From an uncultured Spirochaetota bacterium (lineage in GTDB: Bacteria; Spirochaetota; UBA4802; UBA5550), in assembly GCA_963827275.1 (NCBI GenBank), contig CAWHAA010000004.1:160001-224000 (forward strand): a stretch of DNA of 64,000 bases, given 5' to 3'. Shown here piece by piece: positions 48,022 through 58,844 of this stretch. Each line of letters opens with the position of its first letter. Position 1 is the first letter of the stretch. The notes under the pieces were generated by a model, which worked only from the letters and a program-made list of their open reading frames with translations, ran no database searches and had not been told where the DNA came from. Position numbers and translations under genes: made by a program.

Positions 48022-49134
48022 CTATTTCACGCTCCAGGGGATTTTGCGCTCGGCCGCCGCTGCGGCGTAGTCGTGTATCTGACGCCTGGTGAAATCGATC
48101 ATTTTTTTCCTGTCATAAAATTCCCGGTACCATGAAACCGTTTTTTCGAGGGCGGCGGCGGCCGAATAGACGGGGCGCCACCCGAGGAACGTGCGGGCCT
48201 TGCTGATGTCAAGCTTGAGCAGCTTTGCTTCGTGCGGCCCGCCCTCGTCCTGCACCGAGTAATTTCCGGAGCCCCACGTATTGATGGTCTCCTTCACGAT
48301 CTCCTCGACCGTGACGATGTCGTCGTTCTCGGGGCCGAAATTCCAGCCCGAGGCGTGGTCCGCGGGCGACTCGATGAGCCGTGCGCCGAGCCAGAGGTAG
48401 CCGGAGAGGGGCTCCAGCACGTGCTGCCAGGGGCGCGTCGCGCGGGGACTGCGGATGATGATCGTCTCTTTTTTCGCCAGCGACCGCACGCAGTCGGGGA
48501 TCAGCCGGTCCGCGGCCCAGTCGCCCCCGCCGATGACATTGCCGGCCCGTACCGAGGCGACCGCGGTGTTGTGCGCGGTGCCGAGCGCGGCCGGGGGGAA
48601 GAATGAATTCCGGTACGCCGCCACAATGAGCTCCGCGCAGCCCTTGCTGGAGCTGTACGGATCAAAGCCGCCCATGGGATCGTTTTCGCGGTACCCGTAC
48701 ACCCATTCCCTGTTTTCGTAGCATTTATCGCTGGTGATGATCAGCGCGGCCCGCACGGTGCCGGCGGCGCGCAGCGCCTCGAACAGGTTCACCGTGCCCA
48801 TGAGGTTCGTTTCATAGGTCTCCCGGGGCTCGCGGTAGGAGAGGCGGACGAGGGGCTGGGCGGCGAGGTGGAAGACGATCTCCGGTTTTTCGGCGCGCAG
48901 CGTCTCTGCGAGATGGCGCGCATCGCGGACATCGCCGACCAGGTGCTTCATTGATGATTCCAGCCCGAGCGCGGCGAAGAGCGACGGGTCGGTCGGCGGC
49001 TCAAGGGAATATCCGACGACGCGGGCGCCGAGCTCGTTGAGCCACAGGGAAAGCCATGATCCCTTGAAGCCGGTGTGGCCGGTCACGAGAACGGTTGTGC
49101 CGCTGTAGCGGCCGTTAAAAAGCGATTTCATCAT
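48022..49134 (-). CDS. rfbG: CDP-glucose 4,6-dehydratase
   Basis: TGHTGFKGSWL, HLAAQPLV, TSDKCY, DPYSSSK, RAGNVIGGGDW, RPWQHVLEPL. Confidence 0.97.
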   Translation of the reverse strand: MMKSLFNGRYSGTTVLVTGHTGFKGSWLSLWLNELGARVVGYSLEPPTDPSLFAALGLESSMKHLVGDVRDARHLAETLRAEKPEIVFHLAAQPLVRLSYREPRETYETNLMGTVNLFEALRAAGTVRAALIITSDKCYENREWVYGYRENDPMGGFDPYSSSKGCAELIVAAYRNSFFPPAALGTAHNTAVASVRAGNVIGGGDWAADRLIPDCVRSLAKKETIIIRSPRATRPWQHVLEPLSGYLWLGARLIESPADHASGWNFGPENDDIVTVEEIVKETINTWGSGNYSVQDEGGPHEAKLLKLDISKARTFLGWRPVYSAAAALEKTVSWYREFYDRKKMIDFTRRQIHDYAAAAAERKIPWSVK

Positions 49135-50009
49135 AGGTGTGTCCTGTACCATTCCAGTGTCCTTTGAATTCCCTCCGCGAAGGGGACCGGTTCCCGTACC
49201 TGGAAGTCGCGGAAGAAGCGCCCCACATCAGGCCTTGATTCCAGGAGCTCGTTCTCCCGGTAGGGCAGGGCCCCGAAATTCAGCCGGGAGGCGGTATTGC
49301 CGGTCGCTTTCTGCAGCAGCTCCACGACGGCGCGGATGCTCATCGGCCTGCCGGTGCCGACGTCGTATTCGTAGATCCCCGGTCCGAATGCCTGGCCGCG
49401 CTCCACGACAGCGGCGTATGCCCCGGCGACGTCATCGATGTGGATAAAATCGCGCACCTGTTCGCCTTTTGTCAATTTAATTTCCGGCACATTCGTGAGG
49501 AGCTCTCGTATGATGAAAGGGATGAATTTGGAGTAATCATCCATCTCCCCGTACATGTGTTCCAGCCTGAGATTGATGAAGGCCATGGAGCGGCTGAATT
49601 CGGGGAACCATTCGGCAAATTGCTTTTTAGAGCGGGCATACGCGTTCGTGTTTTTATCAAGCACGGTGTCGGTGTTGATGAAGAGGGGCGTCCCGTGCCG
49701 GTGGGCGCTTTCAAGCACGCGCAGGGGGAACAGGCAGTTCGCGTCGAGGACCTGGGCGCGGGTTTCATTGTTTCTCCCGTAGAGGGTCGCGGTATGGATC
49801 ACGGCGGATACCGGATGTTTTGAAAACGCTTCGTCGATGTCGTCCTCGGCGTAACATACGCCGATGCGTTCCAGGTACCCGCGCAGGCGCCACGGGTCCG
49901 CCGCTTTCTGGGCGACGACGACCACGGACCTGCCGAGATCGGCGAACTGGCGGACCAGCCTGCTGCCGAGAAATCCGGTGGGCCCGGTAATTAATATCGA
50001 ATCAGTCAT
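49131..50009 (-). CDS. CDP-paratose/abequose synthase-like NAD-dependent 4-reductase
   Basis: ILITGPTGFLG, HTATLYGR, FINTDT, YARSK, RLEHMYG..D, RDFIHI.D; position within the rfb operon. Confidence 0.8.
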   Translation of the reverse strand: MTDSILITGPTGFLGSRLVRQFADLGRSVVVVAQKAADPWRLRGYLERIGVCYAEDDIDEAFSKHPVSAVIHTATLYGRNNETRAQVLDANCLFPLRVLESAHRHGTPLFINTDTVLDKNTNAYARSKKQFAEWFPEFSRSMAFINLRLEHMYGEMDDYSKFIPFIIRELLTNVPEIKLTKGEQVRDFIHIDDVAGAYAAVVERGQAFGPGIYEYDVGTGRPMSIRAVVELLQKATGNTASRLNFGALPYRENELLESRPDVGRFFRDFQVREPVPFAEGIQRTLEWYRTHL

Positions 50010-50778
50010 GCCAGAGTTTCCATGGCGCCTTCGGGGAGTTCCACATTGCTTCCAGGTCGACCTTGTCGCGGAGCGTGTCCATCGGCTTCCAGAACCCGTA
50101 GTGCTTGTATGATCCCAGCTGGCCGTCGGACGCGAGCTTTTCCATCGGCTCGCGTTCCCACATGGTGGCGTCGCCGGGGATATAATCGAAGATGCCCGGC
50201 TCAAGGACAAAAAAGCCGCCGTTGATCCACGCCCCGTCGCCGCGCGGTTTTTCCTTGAAGGAATGGACGGTGGTGTCATCGCCTATGTCCATGGCGCCGA
50301 AGCGGCCGCTGGGCTGCACCGCGGTGACCGTCGCGAGCTTTCCGTGCGCCCTGTGGGTGTCGAGCAGTTTCGCGATGTCAACATCGCCGACGCCGTCGCC
50401 GTACGTCATCATGAACGGGCCATTCCCGACGTACTCCCGTATCCGCTTTATCCGGCCGCCGGTCATGGTGCCGGCGCCGGTATCGATCAGGGTCACCTGC
50501 CACGGCTCCGCTTTCGAGGCGTGATATTTCACGGCGTTTTTCTTCATGTCGAAGGTGACGTCGGATTGGTGAAGGAAGTAGTTCTGGAAATATTCTTTTA
50601 TGACGTACCCCTTGTACCCCAGGCAGATGATGAACTCATTGTACCCGAACGAAGAATAAATTTTCATGATATGCCAGAGGATGGGCCTGCCGCCGATCTC
50701 TATCATGGGCTTCGGCTTGAGATCGGTTTCTTCGCTGAAGCGCGTGCCGAAACCGCCTGCCAGGATGACAACTTTCAT
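50002..50778 (-). CDS. rfbF: Glucose-1-phosphate cytidylyltransferase
   Basis: LAGGFGTRFSEET..KPKPM, TMTGGR, TYGDG, INGGFF, FWKPMDTLRD. Confidence 0.97.
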   Translation of the reverse strand: MKVVILAGGFGTRFSEETDLKPKPMIEIGGRPILWHIMKIYSSFGYNEFIICLGYKGYVIKEYFQNYFLHQSDVTFDMKKNAVKYHASKAEPWQVTLIDTGAGTMTGGRIKRIREYVGNGPFMMTYGDGVGDVDIAKLLDTHRAHGKLATVTAVQPSGRFGAMDIGDDTTVHSFKEKPRGDGAWINGGFFVLEPGIFDYIPGDATMWEREPMEKLASDGQLGSYKHYGFWKPMDTLRDKVDLEAMWNSPKAPWKLWHD

Positions 50779-51417
50779 AACACCTTCACTTTCTGTAGAT
50801 TATTGTATGCGGACCAATGGATTTTCATGTATATGAAAACGCGAATCTGCTGATTTAGCTTTCTGAAGAAATGATGTATTTGTCAATGAAATTTTATGGG
50901 CGTGGCGTTTTTGAATGACCAAATAATCGGCGGTTCGGTGCTGGCTGCCTACAGGCAGCTATGGCATGCGGACGATGTGCTTTTTCATATATATATCCTT
51001 ACCAGATGCATGGGGATGCATGCAGGTATAATCGATACCCAGATGGTAATTGTTGCCATACATTGAGCATAAATATGACATGGGGGGTTTTGGAATCCCG
51101 GCAAAAATACATATGATCCGGCAGTAAAAAATTATTGATTATTATTTGACAATGTAATGTTATATTCCAGTTTGTGGTGATTATTTTTAAACACTTTCAT
51201 GACTAATCTACAATCCAAACAGGTTGATCCATATCCGGTGTTCGATCAATTTGAGGGTCTGTTGTTGCTTGGATACCAATGAAGACACCGACTGTGGCCT
51301 GGTCCACTGATAATGGTTATGGGCAGAAAAACAGGAAGATTGGGTATGTAAGATTCGAGCGCGTGATATATATTCAGCTTTTATATTTATGAAAATCACC
51401 TATAGGAGCGGCGTGCA

Positions 51418-53331
51418 TTGAAAGCAGCAATTATTGCCGGCGGGAAGGGAACCCGGATCAGGGAACTCACTAGTGATGCCATCCCCAAAGCGATGCTACC
51501 TGTTGCCGGTGTCCCGATAATTGTCTGGCAGCTACGCTTGCTTGCGCGATACAATGTGAAGCATGTAGCGATCATGACCGGACACCTTGCGGATATTTTG
51601 GAACAGCAGGTGCCGGCAGAATCGCAGAAACTGGGTATTGAAGTTTCATTTTTCCGTGAACATGAGCCGCTCGGCACTGCGGGTGGCTTTCCAGCGGCAA
51701 AATGTTTTTTTGGTGACATCTTTTTTGTATTTTACTGCGATGTCGCTATTGAAATGGACCTTGAAAAGCTGGCGCATTTTCATAAAAGCAGGAACGCCGA
51801 TGTCACGATAGTGAGTCATCCGAATGACCATCCATATGAATCCGACCTGTTACTAACGGATGATGACGGCAGAATAGAAAAAGTAATTTATAAGAAAGAT
51901 CGTATCGATGGGTATTATCCGAATCTTGTCCCTGCTGGCGTATACTGTTTTTCTGAACGGGTGTTTGCATATATCCGCCAGGGTGCCAGGCAGGACTTTA
52001 TCAAGGATGTCTTTCCCAGTATGATCGAAGAAGGAGCCCGGGTGTATGCGTATTCAACTCCGGAATATCTTCGAGACATGGGAACATATGAACGCTTTCA
52101 AATGACTGAAAAAGATATAAAAAGCGGTTTATTTTTCAGAATGAATTCTTTATATAAAAAACCTACGATTTTTTTCGACAGGGACGGGGTTCTTTGCAAA
52201 CATACTCCCGGATCAGATGTATTGCGTCCGGATGAGCTTGAGCTTGAGCCGGTGGCCTCTGCCGCAGTGAAAAGAGCGAATGACTCCGGTGTCCTCTCCG
52301 TGGTTATTACCAACCAGCCCGTTATATCAAAGGGATTTATCACCTTCGCCGATCTCAAATTGATCCATGCAAAAATGGAAACACTGCTGGGGAAAGAACA
52401 TGCAAAAATTGATAAAATCTACTTCTGTCCGCACCACCCGGAGGAGGGTCATGTCAACGAGGTCCCGGAGCTGAAAATCGATTGTGAATGCAGAAAACCG
52501 AAGCCGGGAATGATCTTCAGGGCCTGTGAAGAACTTCCGGTCTCGCTGGATGATTCATGTGTGATCGGTGATTCGTTTCGGGACATCGGGGCGGCACGGG
52601 CCGCAGGAATAGATGCCTTCGGAGTCCGCACCGGCGCGGGTTCAAAAGACTGCATTGGAAAATATAGGCCCGATGTTGTGTTCGGAAATGTGCTTGAAGC
52701 TGTAGATTATTTTATCATAGGAGTTGCCGGTATCGATGAAATCGCGGATGCGATAATCCGAAGGCTAGATATGGATGCGCCTTGTGTGGTCGGGGTATGT
52801 GGATTTGCGAGGGCAGGGAAAACGGCGTACTGCTATGCCTTGATAAAAGCATTAAAGAAAAGAAGCATGGATGTCCTGACAGTCCGGCTTGATGATTGGA
52901 TTGTCCCGAAGAGCAAACGGCATCCCGGGCTCACTTCCGAAGAGCGATCACAAACCAGCAAGTACCCGGCGCTTTTCAATGCTATCCTGAATGGCGAGAA
53001 AGTGGAAGCCGGCGGCTATGAACAGTTTACGCGGGAGTCCTCCTCGCCGGTTTTTTACGAACTCAGAAATGAACGCATTGTCATCTTTGATGGCCTATAT
53101 GCATGCCATGATTCAATCAGAAAAAATATCGATGTTGCAATTTTTATCGATGCAGATGAAGATATACTCTCCCGGCGATTCCGGGAATTTTATGCATGGA
53201 AGGGAGAGTCGGAAGAAGGGATCGAGGCCCTTCTTGGGAAGCGTAAGAAAGATGAATGGCCTTCTGTCCGCAGGCAGAAGGATTATTGTGATAGAATAAT
53301 AAAAATAACGGATAAGGATCGGAATGTATGA
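51418..53331 (+). CDS. Triple fusion: HddC-like nucleotidyltransferase, GmhB-like HAD phosphatase and P-loop kinase-like domain
   Basis: IIAGGKGTR…PK; FFDRDGV, TNQ, CPHHP…CECRKPKPG, IGD; VVGVCGFARAGKT. TTG start with AGGAG RBS. Confidence 0.88.
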   Translation: MKAAIIAGGKGTRIRELTSDAIPKAMLPVAGVPIIVWQLRLLARYNVKHVAIMTGHLADILEQQVPAESQKLGIEVSFFREHEPLGTAGGFPAAKCFFGDIFFVFYCDVAIEMDLEKLAHFHKSRNADVTIVSHPNDHPYESDLLLTDDDGRIEKVIYKKDRIDGYYPNLVPAGVYCFSERVFAYIRQGARQDFIKDVFPSMIEEGARVYAYSTPEYLRDMGTYERFQMTEKDIKSGLFFRMNSLYKKPTIFFDRDGVLCKHTPGSDVLRPDELELEPVASAAVKRANDSGVLSVVITNQPVISKGFITFADLKLIHAKMETLLGKEHAKIDKIYFCPHHPEEGHVNEVPELKIDCECRKPKPGMIFRACEELPVSLDDSCVIGDSFRDIGAARAAGIDAFGVRTGAGSKDCIGKYRPDVVFGNVLEAVDYFIIGVAGIDEIADAIIRRLDMDAPCVVGVCGFARAGKTAYCYALIKALKKRSMDVLTVRLDDWIVPKSKRHPGLTSEERSQTSKYPALFNAILNGEKVEAGGYEQFTRESSSPVFYELRNERIVIFDGLYACHDSIRKNIDVAIFIDADEDILSRRFREFYAWKGESEEGIEALLGKRKKDEWPSVRRQKDYCDRIIKITDKDRNV

Positions 53332-54341
53332 TAATTTCCCAGGCCCCGTTTCGAATTAGCTTTGCTGGCGGCGGTTCCGATATCGCCGCGTACTACAGAA
53401 AACGGAAAGGAGCGGTCCTCTCTACGACCATAAATAAATATGTGTATATTTCAATACACCCATATTTTGACAGGTCGCAGACGCTTTTGAAATACTCAAG
53501 CAATGAACTCATCAAAGATATTAATGACATTAAGCATCCGATTTTTCGCGAAGTGATCAAGGATTTGTGGCCCCAGGGCGGACTGGAAATCGTCTCCACA
53601 TCGGATATCCCGTCAGGTACAGGGCTTGGTTCGTCCAGCACGTTTACGGCGGCGCTGCTGATCGCCATGTATGCCAAAAAAGGTGTTTATATTTCCAAAG
53701 AGGATCTTTCGATAAAAGTCTGTAAGCTTGAGATTGATACACTTCGAGAACCAATAGGGAAACAGGACCAGTATGCCGCGAGTTATGGAGGATTGAATTT
53801 TATAGAGTTCAATCCGGATGAAAAGGTAGTAGTCACTCCGCTGATTCTTCCTAAAGAAACCCTCCTCACGCTGGAGAACAATCTGATGCTGTTTTACACC
53901 GGTGAACAGAGGAAGACCAGTGATATTTTGAATGATCAGGTGCAGCAGATAACATATAACAGTCAAAAGATTGATTATCTTGCAAGGATGGTGGAGCTGG
54001 CGTATGAAATGCGGGAACAGTTGCTGACCGGTGATCTTAACGGATTTGCACAAAACATGCACAGAGGGTGGGAATATAAAAGGCAGTTGTCTGAAAAAAT
54101 CTCGAATCCGAAGATTGACAAATATTACGAAAGGGCCCTTGAATATGGGGCGATCGGCGGCAAGCTCCTCGGTGCCGGCGGCGGTGGGTTTCTTCTTCTC
54201 TATTGCGAAAATAAAGACCAGGAAAGACTTCGTAAGGCTCTATTTGATTGCCACGAACTGTCATTCAGTTTCGATTGGCATGGTGCGGGCATTATCTATG
54301 TGGGTGACAGGTATATAGAGCATGGATTCTTTTCGAGTTAA
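53328..54341 (+). CDS. hddA: GHMP kinase, D-glycero-alpha-D-manno-heptose-7-phosphate kinase-like
   Basis: PFRISFAGGGSD, PSGTGLGSSS, GKQDQY, KLLGAGGGGF. Confidence 0.88.
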   Translation: MIISQAPFRISFAGGGSDIAAYYRKRKGAVLSTTINKYVYISIHPYFDRSQTLLKYSSNELIKDINDIKHPIFREVIKDLWPQGGLEIVSTSDIPSGTGLGSSSTFTAALLIAMYAKKGVYISKEDLSIKVCKLEIDTLREPIGKQDQYAASYGGLNFIEFNPDEKVVVTPLILPKETLLTLENNLMLFYTGEQRKTSDILNDQVQQITYNSQKIDYLARMVELAYEMREQLLTGDLNGFAQNMHRGWEYKRQLSEKISNPKIDKYYERALEYGAIGGKLLGAGGGGFLLLYCENKDQERLRKALFDCHELSFSFDWHGAGIIYVGDRYIEHGFFSS

Positions 54342-54356
54342 AACAAGGAGATAGAC

Positions 54357-54917
54357 ATGGATATAAAGCCGATGATTACTGAATATATTGATGGATTATG
54401 CAATTTACTTAAAAGTATGGACGTGGAGCGGATCGATGCCTTTTTAAAGGCGATAAGGAAAACGAGAGAGGAGGGTAAACAGATTATCCTCTTCGGCAAC
54501 GGGGGGGCCGCAGCCTCCGCATCGCATATGACCTCCGACTTCAACAAAGGATTGAGTTATGGCAAGGAGAAGAGATATCGTGCCATCTGTCTCAATGATA
54601 ATATTGCAATTATGCTCGCGTATGCGAATGACGTAGGGTATGATGATATTTTCGTTGAGCAACTGAAGAATTTTTTAAATCCCGGGGATGTCGTAATTGG
54701 CATTTCCGGGAGTGGTAATTCTGAAAATGTCTTGCGCGCAATTGATTATGCCAATAAAAACGGCGGCTTCACGATGTGTATTTGCGGTTTCAATGGCGGG
54801 AAGTTGATCAACATGGTTAAAGTGGCGGTTCATGCGAATATCAATGACATGCAGAAGACTGAAGATATATTTCCAATGCTTGGTCATCTTGCGTATCAGC
54901 TTCTTGCAGATAACTAA
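54357..54917 (+). CDS. gmhA: Sedoheptulose-7-phosphate isomerase (SIS)
   Basis: GNGG…ASH, ANDVGY..IF..Q, ISGSGNSEN. Confidence 0.88.
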   Translation: MDIKPMITEYIDGLCNLLKSMDVERIDAFLKAIRKTREEGKQIILFGNGGAAASASHMTSDFNKGLSYGKEKRYRAICLNDNIAIMLAYANDVGYDDIFVEQLKNFLNPGDVVIGISGSGNSENVLRAIDYANKNGGFTMCICGFNGGKLINMVKVAVHANINDMQKTEDIFPMLGHLAYQLLADN

Positions 54918-54970
54918 TTGCTCCTGAAAGTTATTGATTTTAAAATTATATATACAAAGAAGGCAGATCG

Positions 54971-56272
54971 ATGAAGGACAAACGTATATGTGTGCTCGGT
55001 GGCGGACTTGCGGGAATCTCGTTCGCATACTTTTCGGGCTTACAGGCCACGATAATAGAAAAAGAGGAACGACTCGGAGGATTGTGCAGGTCTTTTAATT
55101 TTAATGGTGCATATTACGATATTGGCCCTCACATATTTTTTTCAAAGAATAAAGAGATCCTTGATTTCATAACATCGCTGGTCGAGATGAATCAACGAAA
55201 ACGATCAAACAAGATTTATTATAAGGGCAATTTTGTTAAATATCCATTTGAAAATGAACTCTCCGCGTTGCCGGAAAAAGACCGCGATTATTGCCTCAAT
55301 TCCTTCATTGAAAATCCCTATTCACCGTATGATGCAAATAACATGCTCATGTTTTTCTATAAGACCTTTGGTGAGGGAATAACCCGCTGTTATCTTGAGC
55401 CGTATAATAGAAAAATCTGGAAATACGAGCCGTCATTCATGGACACGCAGATGGTCGAGCGCATTCCAAAGCCGCCTGCCGAGGATGTGATCAAGTCGGC
55501 GAAGGGTGTCCCGACGGAAGGCTATTTGCATCAGCTGTATTTTTCTTATCCGAAAGAATTCGGCACGGAATCCATAATAAAGAAACTTGTTGGATTATGC
55601 GGGTCTCGCATCAACCCCGTGTTGTCTTCTCCAATCGAAAAGGTCGTCATCAATGATGATAAAACGTTTGATGTCACCGCAGGCGGTAAGAAGTATCAAT
55701 TTGATCATTTGATCAATAGCATCCCGCCGCAGGAACTCCTGAAAAGGATCGAGCCCCTGCCACCGAAAGAAGTGCTTGATGCGTGTGAGATGCTGCGGTT
55801 CAATGGAATTCATATTACTATCGTGAACGTCAATGAAGATGCAATTGGCGATAACTTTGCGGTGATGGTGCCCCAGCCTGACATAAGCTTTCACCGGCTG
55901 TCGAAAATCGATTTTCTCGGCGATTCGTACCATAAGGAAAAAACTTCAAATCTCATGGTCGAGATTACCTACCGCCCCGGCGATCCTTTCGACATGCCGG
56001 ATGACGATGTGAGCAGAATGGTTGTCGCTGATCTTGAAAGAGTGGGGTTTATTAAAGCATCGATGGTGAATCATGTTGAAACAAGGTCTTTCCCCTATGC
56101 CTATGTGATTTATGATCTCCATCACAGGGAGAATATTGACACAATTCTGGCATGGCTCCGGATCAAGGGAATTACCTGTATTGGAAGGTTCGGACTGTTT
56201 GAATACCATAACATGGATACGATTGTCGAGAAAACAAAAGAGATCGCCCAAAAATATTCCAAGGTGCAATAA
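54971..56272 (+). CDS. FAD-dependent pyranose-furanose mutase-like oxidoreductase (UGM-like)
   Basis: VLGGGLAG, EK…GGLCRS, DIGPHIFF, YN.KIW, AYVIYD, GRFGLFEYHNMD. Confidence 0.7.
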   Translation: MKDKRICVLGGGLAGISFAYFSGLQATIIEKEERLGGLCRSFNFNGAYYDIGPHIFFSKNKEILDFITSLVEMNQRKRSNKIYYKGNFVKYPFENELSALPEKDRDYCLNSFIENPYSPYDANNMLMFFYKTFGEGITRCYLEPYNRKIWKYEPSFMDTQMVERIPKPPAEDVIKSAKGVPTEGYLHQLYFSYPKEFGTESIIKKLVGLCGSRINPVLSSPIEKVVINDDKTFDVTAGGKKYQFDHLINSIPPQELLKRIEPLPPKEVLDACEMLRFNGIHITIVNVNEDAIGDNFAVMVPQPDISFHRLSKIDFLGDSYHKEKTSNLMVEITYRPGDPFDMPDDDVSRMVVADLERVGFIKASMVNHVETRSFPYAYVIYDLHHRENIDTILAWLRIKGITCIGRFGLFEYHNMDTIVEKTKEIAQKYSKVQ

Positions 56273-56411
56273 ATGCGGGTGCCGGTATTGTACAAATGAA
56301 ACCAACAATCAAGTTTTCCTGCTTTCCTTAAAACTTGATTGACAAAAAGTGCGGAAATGAACCAATAAATCATTCCGTCAAATTACAAAATAGTCATTAA
56401 GAAAGGAAAAA

Positions 56412-57113
56412 ATGAGTACTAAGTATAAAATCTCAGTTGTAATGCCTACATTTAATGAAGAAAAGGCCCTTCCCATCGTTGTCAGCGATATCCGGAAGTT
56501 CGCTTCGGATTGGAATACCGAGATTCTTATTGTTGACTCAAGTAGCGACGATACGCCGAAAATCGCAAAAGGCCTCGGGGTCAAGGTCATAAGTCAGCCT
56601 CCCAGAGGGCATGGCATTGCATTGCGGACGTGTATACAGGAGGCTTCCGGAGACTATATTTTTACAACGGACTGTGACAATACCTATCCAATGGACATGC
56701 TCCCCCAATTTCTGGAAGCCCTTACGAAAGGAGGCTGTGATCTCGTTTCCGGCAACCGCATGTATTACCCGGACGTCCGAAAGGCAATGCCCTTTTCCAA
56801 TCTTCTTGCAAATCGCGGGTTCGCGTTATTTGTTCGCCTGTTATACGGCATTAAAACCCATGATGTTACAACCGGGATGTTCGGCTTTAGAAGGGACGTT
56901 GTCCATGCAATAGAGTGGGAAACAAATTATTCATTTCCTTCTGAAATTATTATCAGATCGAACTTGGCCGGTTATAAGTATAAAGAGATTCCGATTAATT
57001 ACAAGCTTCGTCTTGGGGAAGTAACACTCAATAAGTGGAGAAGCGGGAAGGCATATATGCGATGCTTCTTCAAATATCGGTTTAACCTCTCCACGCCGAA
57101 AGAAAAGCTGTAA
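56412..57113 (+). CDS. GT2 glycosyltransferase (Dol-P-Man synthase-like)
   Basis: ISVVMPTFNEE, DCDNTYP, GNR, D..TG…R, EIPI.Y..R.G. Confidence 0.9.
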   Translation: MSTKYKISVVMPTFNEEKALPIVVSDIRKFASDWNTEILIVDSSSDDTPKIAKGLGVKVISQPPRGHGIALRTCIQEASGDYIFTTDCDNTYPMDMLPQFLEALTKGGCDLVSGNRMYYPDVRKAMPFSNLLANRGFALFVRLLYGIKTHDVTTGMFGFRRDVVHAIEWETNYSFPSEIIIRSNLAGYKYKEIPINYKLRLGEVTLNKWRSGKAYMRCFFKYRFNLSTPKEKL

Positions 57114-57116
57114 ACT

Positions 57117-58058
57117 ATGAATGTTTTAGTTACAGGCGGAGCGGGTTTTATCGGAAGCCATCTCTGTGCTTCCCTCCTTGATATGAACCATAACGTATAT
57201 TGCCTTGATAGCCTTTACCTGGGCAGAATGGAAAATATCAATGAGCTCCTCGGCAATGGCAGATTTCATTTTGTTGAACTCGACCTGCTGAAAAAAAAGA
57301 AGCTTTCAAGGTTGTTCGGCAAGAACAGGTTCGACATGGTCTTCCATCTTGCGGCTAATTCGGATATTCAGGCCGGGAGCTCAAACCACCTGATCGATCT
57401 GGACCATAATTTCATGACCACCTACACCCTCCTCGAGGTGATGCTCGAGCATGATGTTAAAAATATTTTTTTTGCGAGTACTTCTGCCGTATTCGGCGAA
57501 ACGCGCACCATGCTGCATGAGAACTTTGGCCCGCTTGCACCTATTTCGTTCTACGGCGCGAGCAAGCTTTCCGCGGAGGCGTATATATCGGTATTCGTCA
57601 ATAATTACGGGTTCAAGGCATGGGTCCTCCGTTTTCCGAACGTGATAGGCGAGCATGCGACACATGGCGCATTATTTGATTTTATTGAAAAGCTTAAGAA
57701 AGATCCTTCCCGCCTTGTTGTGCTAGGCAACGGGAAACAAACGAAGCCCTATATGTATGTTAAGGATCTCATTGCGGCAATCCTCCTCGTGTGGAAAAAA
57801 TCGGATGAACCTTTAAATATATTCCATGTCGGCAATGTTGATCTCACTTCAGTCAAGGAAATAGCCGAGATTGTCGTGGAAGAGATGGGACTGGCCGGGA
57901 TCCCGATAGAATACACCGGTGGAGAGAAGGGATGGGTGGGGGATGTCCCGTATTTTAATTATGATATAACGAAAATAAAGGCGCTTGGCTGGACCCCGAA
58001 ATATAATTCTACTGAAGCGGTTCGGGTCTCTACGAAAAAAATATTAGGCAAGGTGTAA
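57117..58058 (+). CDS. NAD-dependent sugar epimerase/dehydratase
   Basis: TGGAGFIGSH, HLAANSD, YGASK, GWVGD. Confidence 0.92.
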   Translation: MNVLVTGGAGFIGSHLCASLLDMNHNVYCLDSLYLGRMENINELLGNGRFHFVELDLLKKKKLSRLFGKNRFDMVFHLAANSDIQAGSSNHLIDLDHNFMTTYTLLEVMLEHDVKNIFFASTSAVFGETRTMLHENFGPLAPISFYGASKLSAEAYISVFVNNYGFKAWVLRFPNVIGEHATHGALFDFIEKLKKDPSRLVVLGNGKQTKPYMYVKDLIAAILLVWKKSDEPLNIFHVGNVDLTSVKEIAEIVVEEMGLAGIPIEYTGGEKGWVGDVPYFNYDITKIKALGWTPKYNSTEAVRVSTKKILGKV

Positions 58059-58122
58059 GTTTAAGGCAACAATGCTGCACCGTGACCGGGGCGCAACGTA
58101 TTAAAGAAATCCTGCTATTGAT

Positions 58123-58605
58123 ATGCAAAAAAATATTTTATACAAAGTTCACAACCTTTTCTTCTCGGTTCAGTTTGGCAAATTTCTCGCAGTCGGCGGA
58201 ACCGCTGCCATTGCTAACTATTGTTCAGGATGGATGATGCGATCCCTGTATCCTTCGCTGTTGAACGAAGTGAGCGTCGTTATAGGATATACTGTCGGAA
58301 CGATCATCAGCTTTATCTTTAATAAGTTGTTTACTTTTAAAGCCGTTGATGAAAAGACCTCGGTTCAGGCCTTGAAATTTCTTGTTGTCGCTTTTACCGC
58401 CGCCCTGCTCGGTGCCGGGATTTCGAGGCTCGTTTTGATTATTTTCGATGGCATTGATATTTCGGTCATTGACAGGCAAATCGAGAAAAATATAAGCCAT
58501 ATTTTCGCAATAGGTATTACGACCATATATAATTTCCTCGCCATGAAATATTTTTCATTTAAGAAAATCACAATAACGAATCGTAACATCAGACCACTCG
58601 TGTGA
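58123..58605 (+). CDS. GtrA-family flippase-like protein
   Basis: KFLAVGG…N, SF..NK.FTF, YNF…KYF.F; four TM helices. Confidence 0.88.
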   Translation: MQKNILYKVHNLFFSVQFGKFLAVGGTAAIANYCSGWMMRSLYPSLLNEVSVVIGYTVGTIISFIFNKLFTFKAVDEKTSVQALKFLVVAFTAALLGAGISRLVLIIFDGIDISVIDRQIEKNISHIFAIGITTIYNFLAMKYFSFKKITITNRNIRPLV

Positions 58606-58844
58606 ATATTACTATACGCGCACAATCGCCCACGGGTGCTGCACGGCGCATGGGTCCCGGCAGGCACGGATACCTGACGTCCTATTAAAGACCCTGGTAG
58701 CTTTGAGGGCTTTAGCCTTGATCGATGAGCGCCGGCTTGTGTCTGCCTGAGGAAGGCTTGGGTCCGGCCATCTGGAAAAAGCCGGAATATTGCACAGGAA
58801 GTCATTGAACTCTTCATCTGTGGCTAAACACGGAGTGTGTATAA

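Noticed and set aside
50790..51410. Small ORFs in the divergent promoter region of the glycan locus
   Set aside because: No motif, RBS support or recognisable homology; treated as intergenic.
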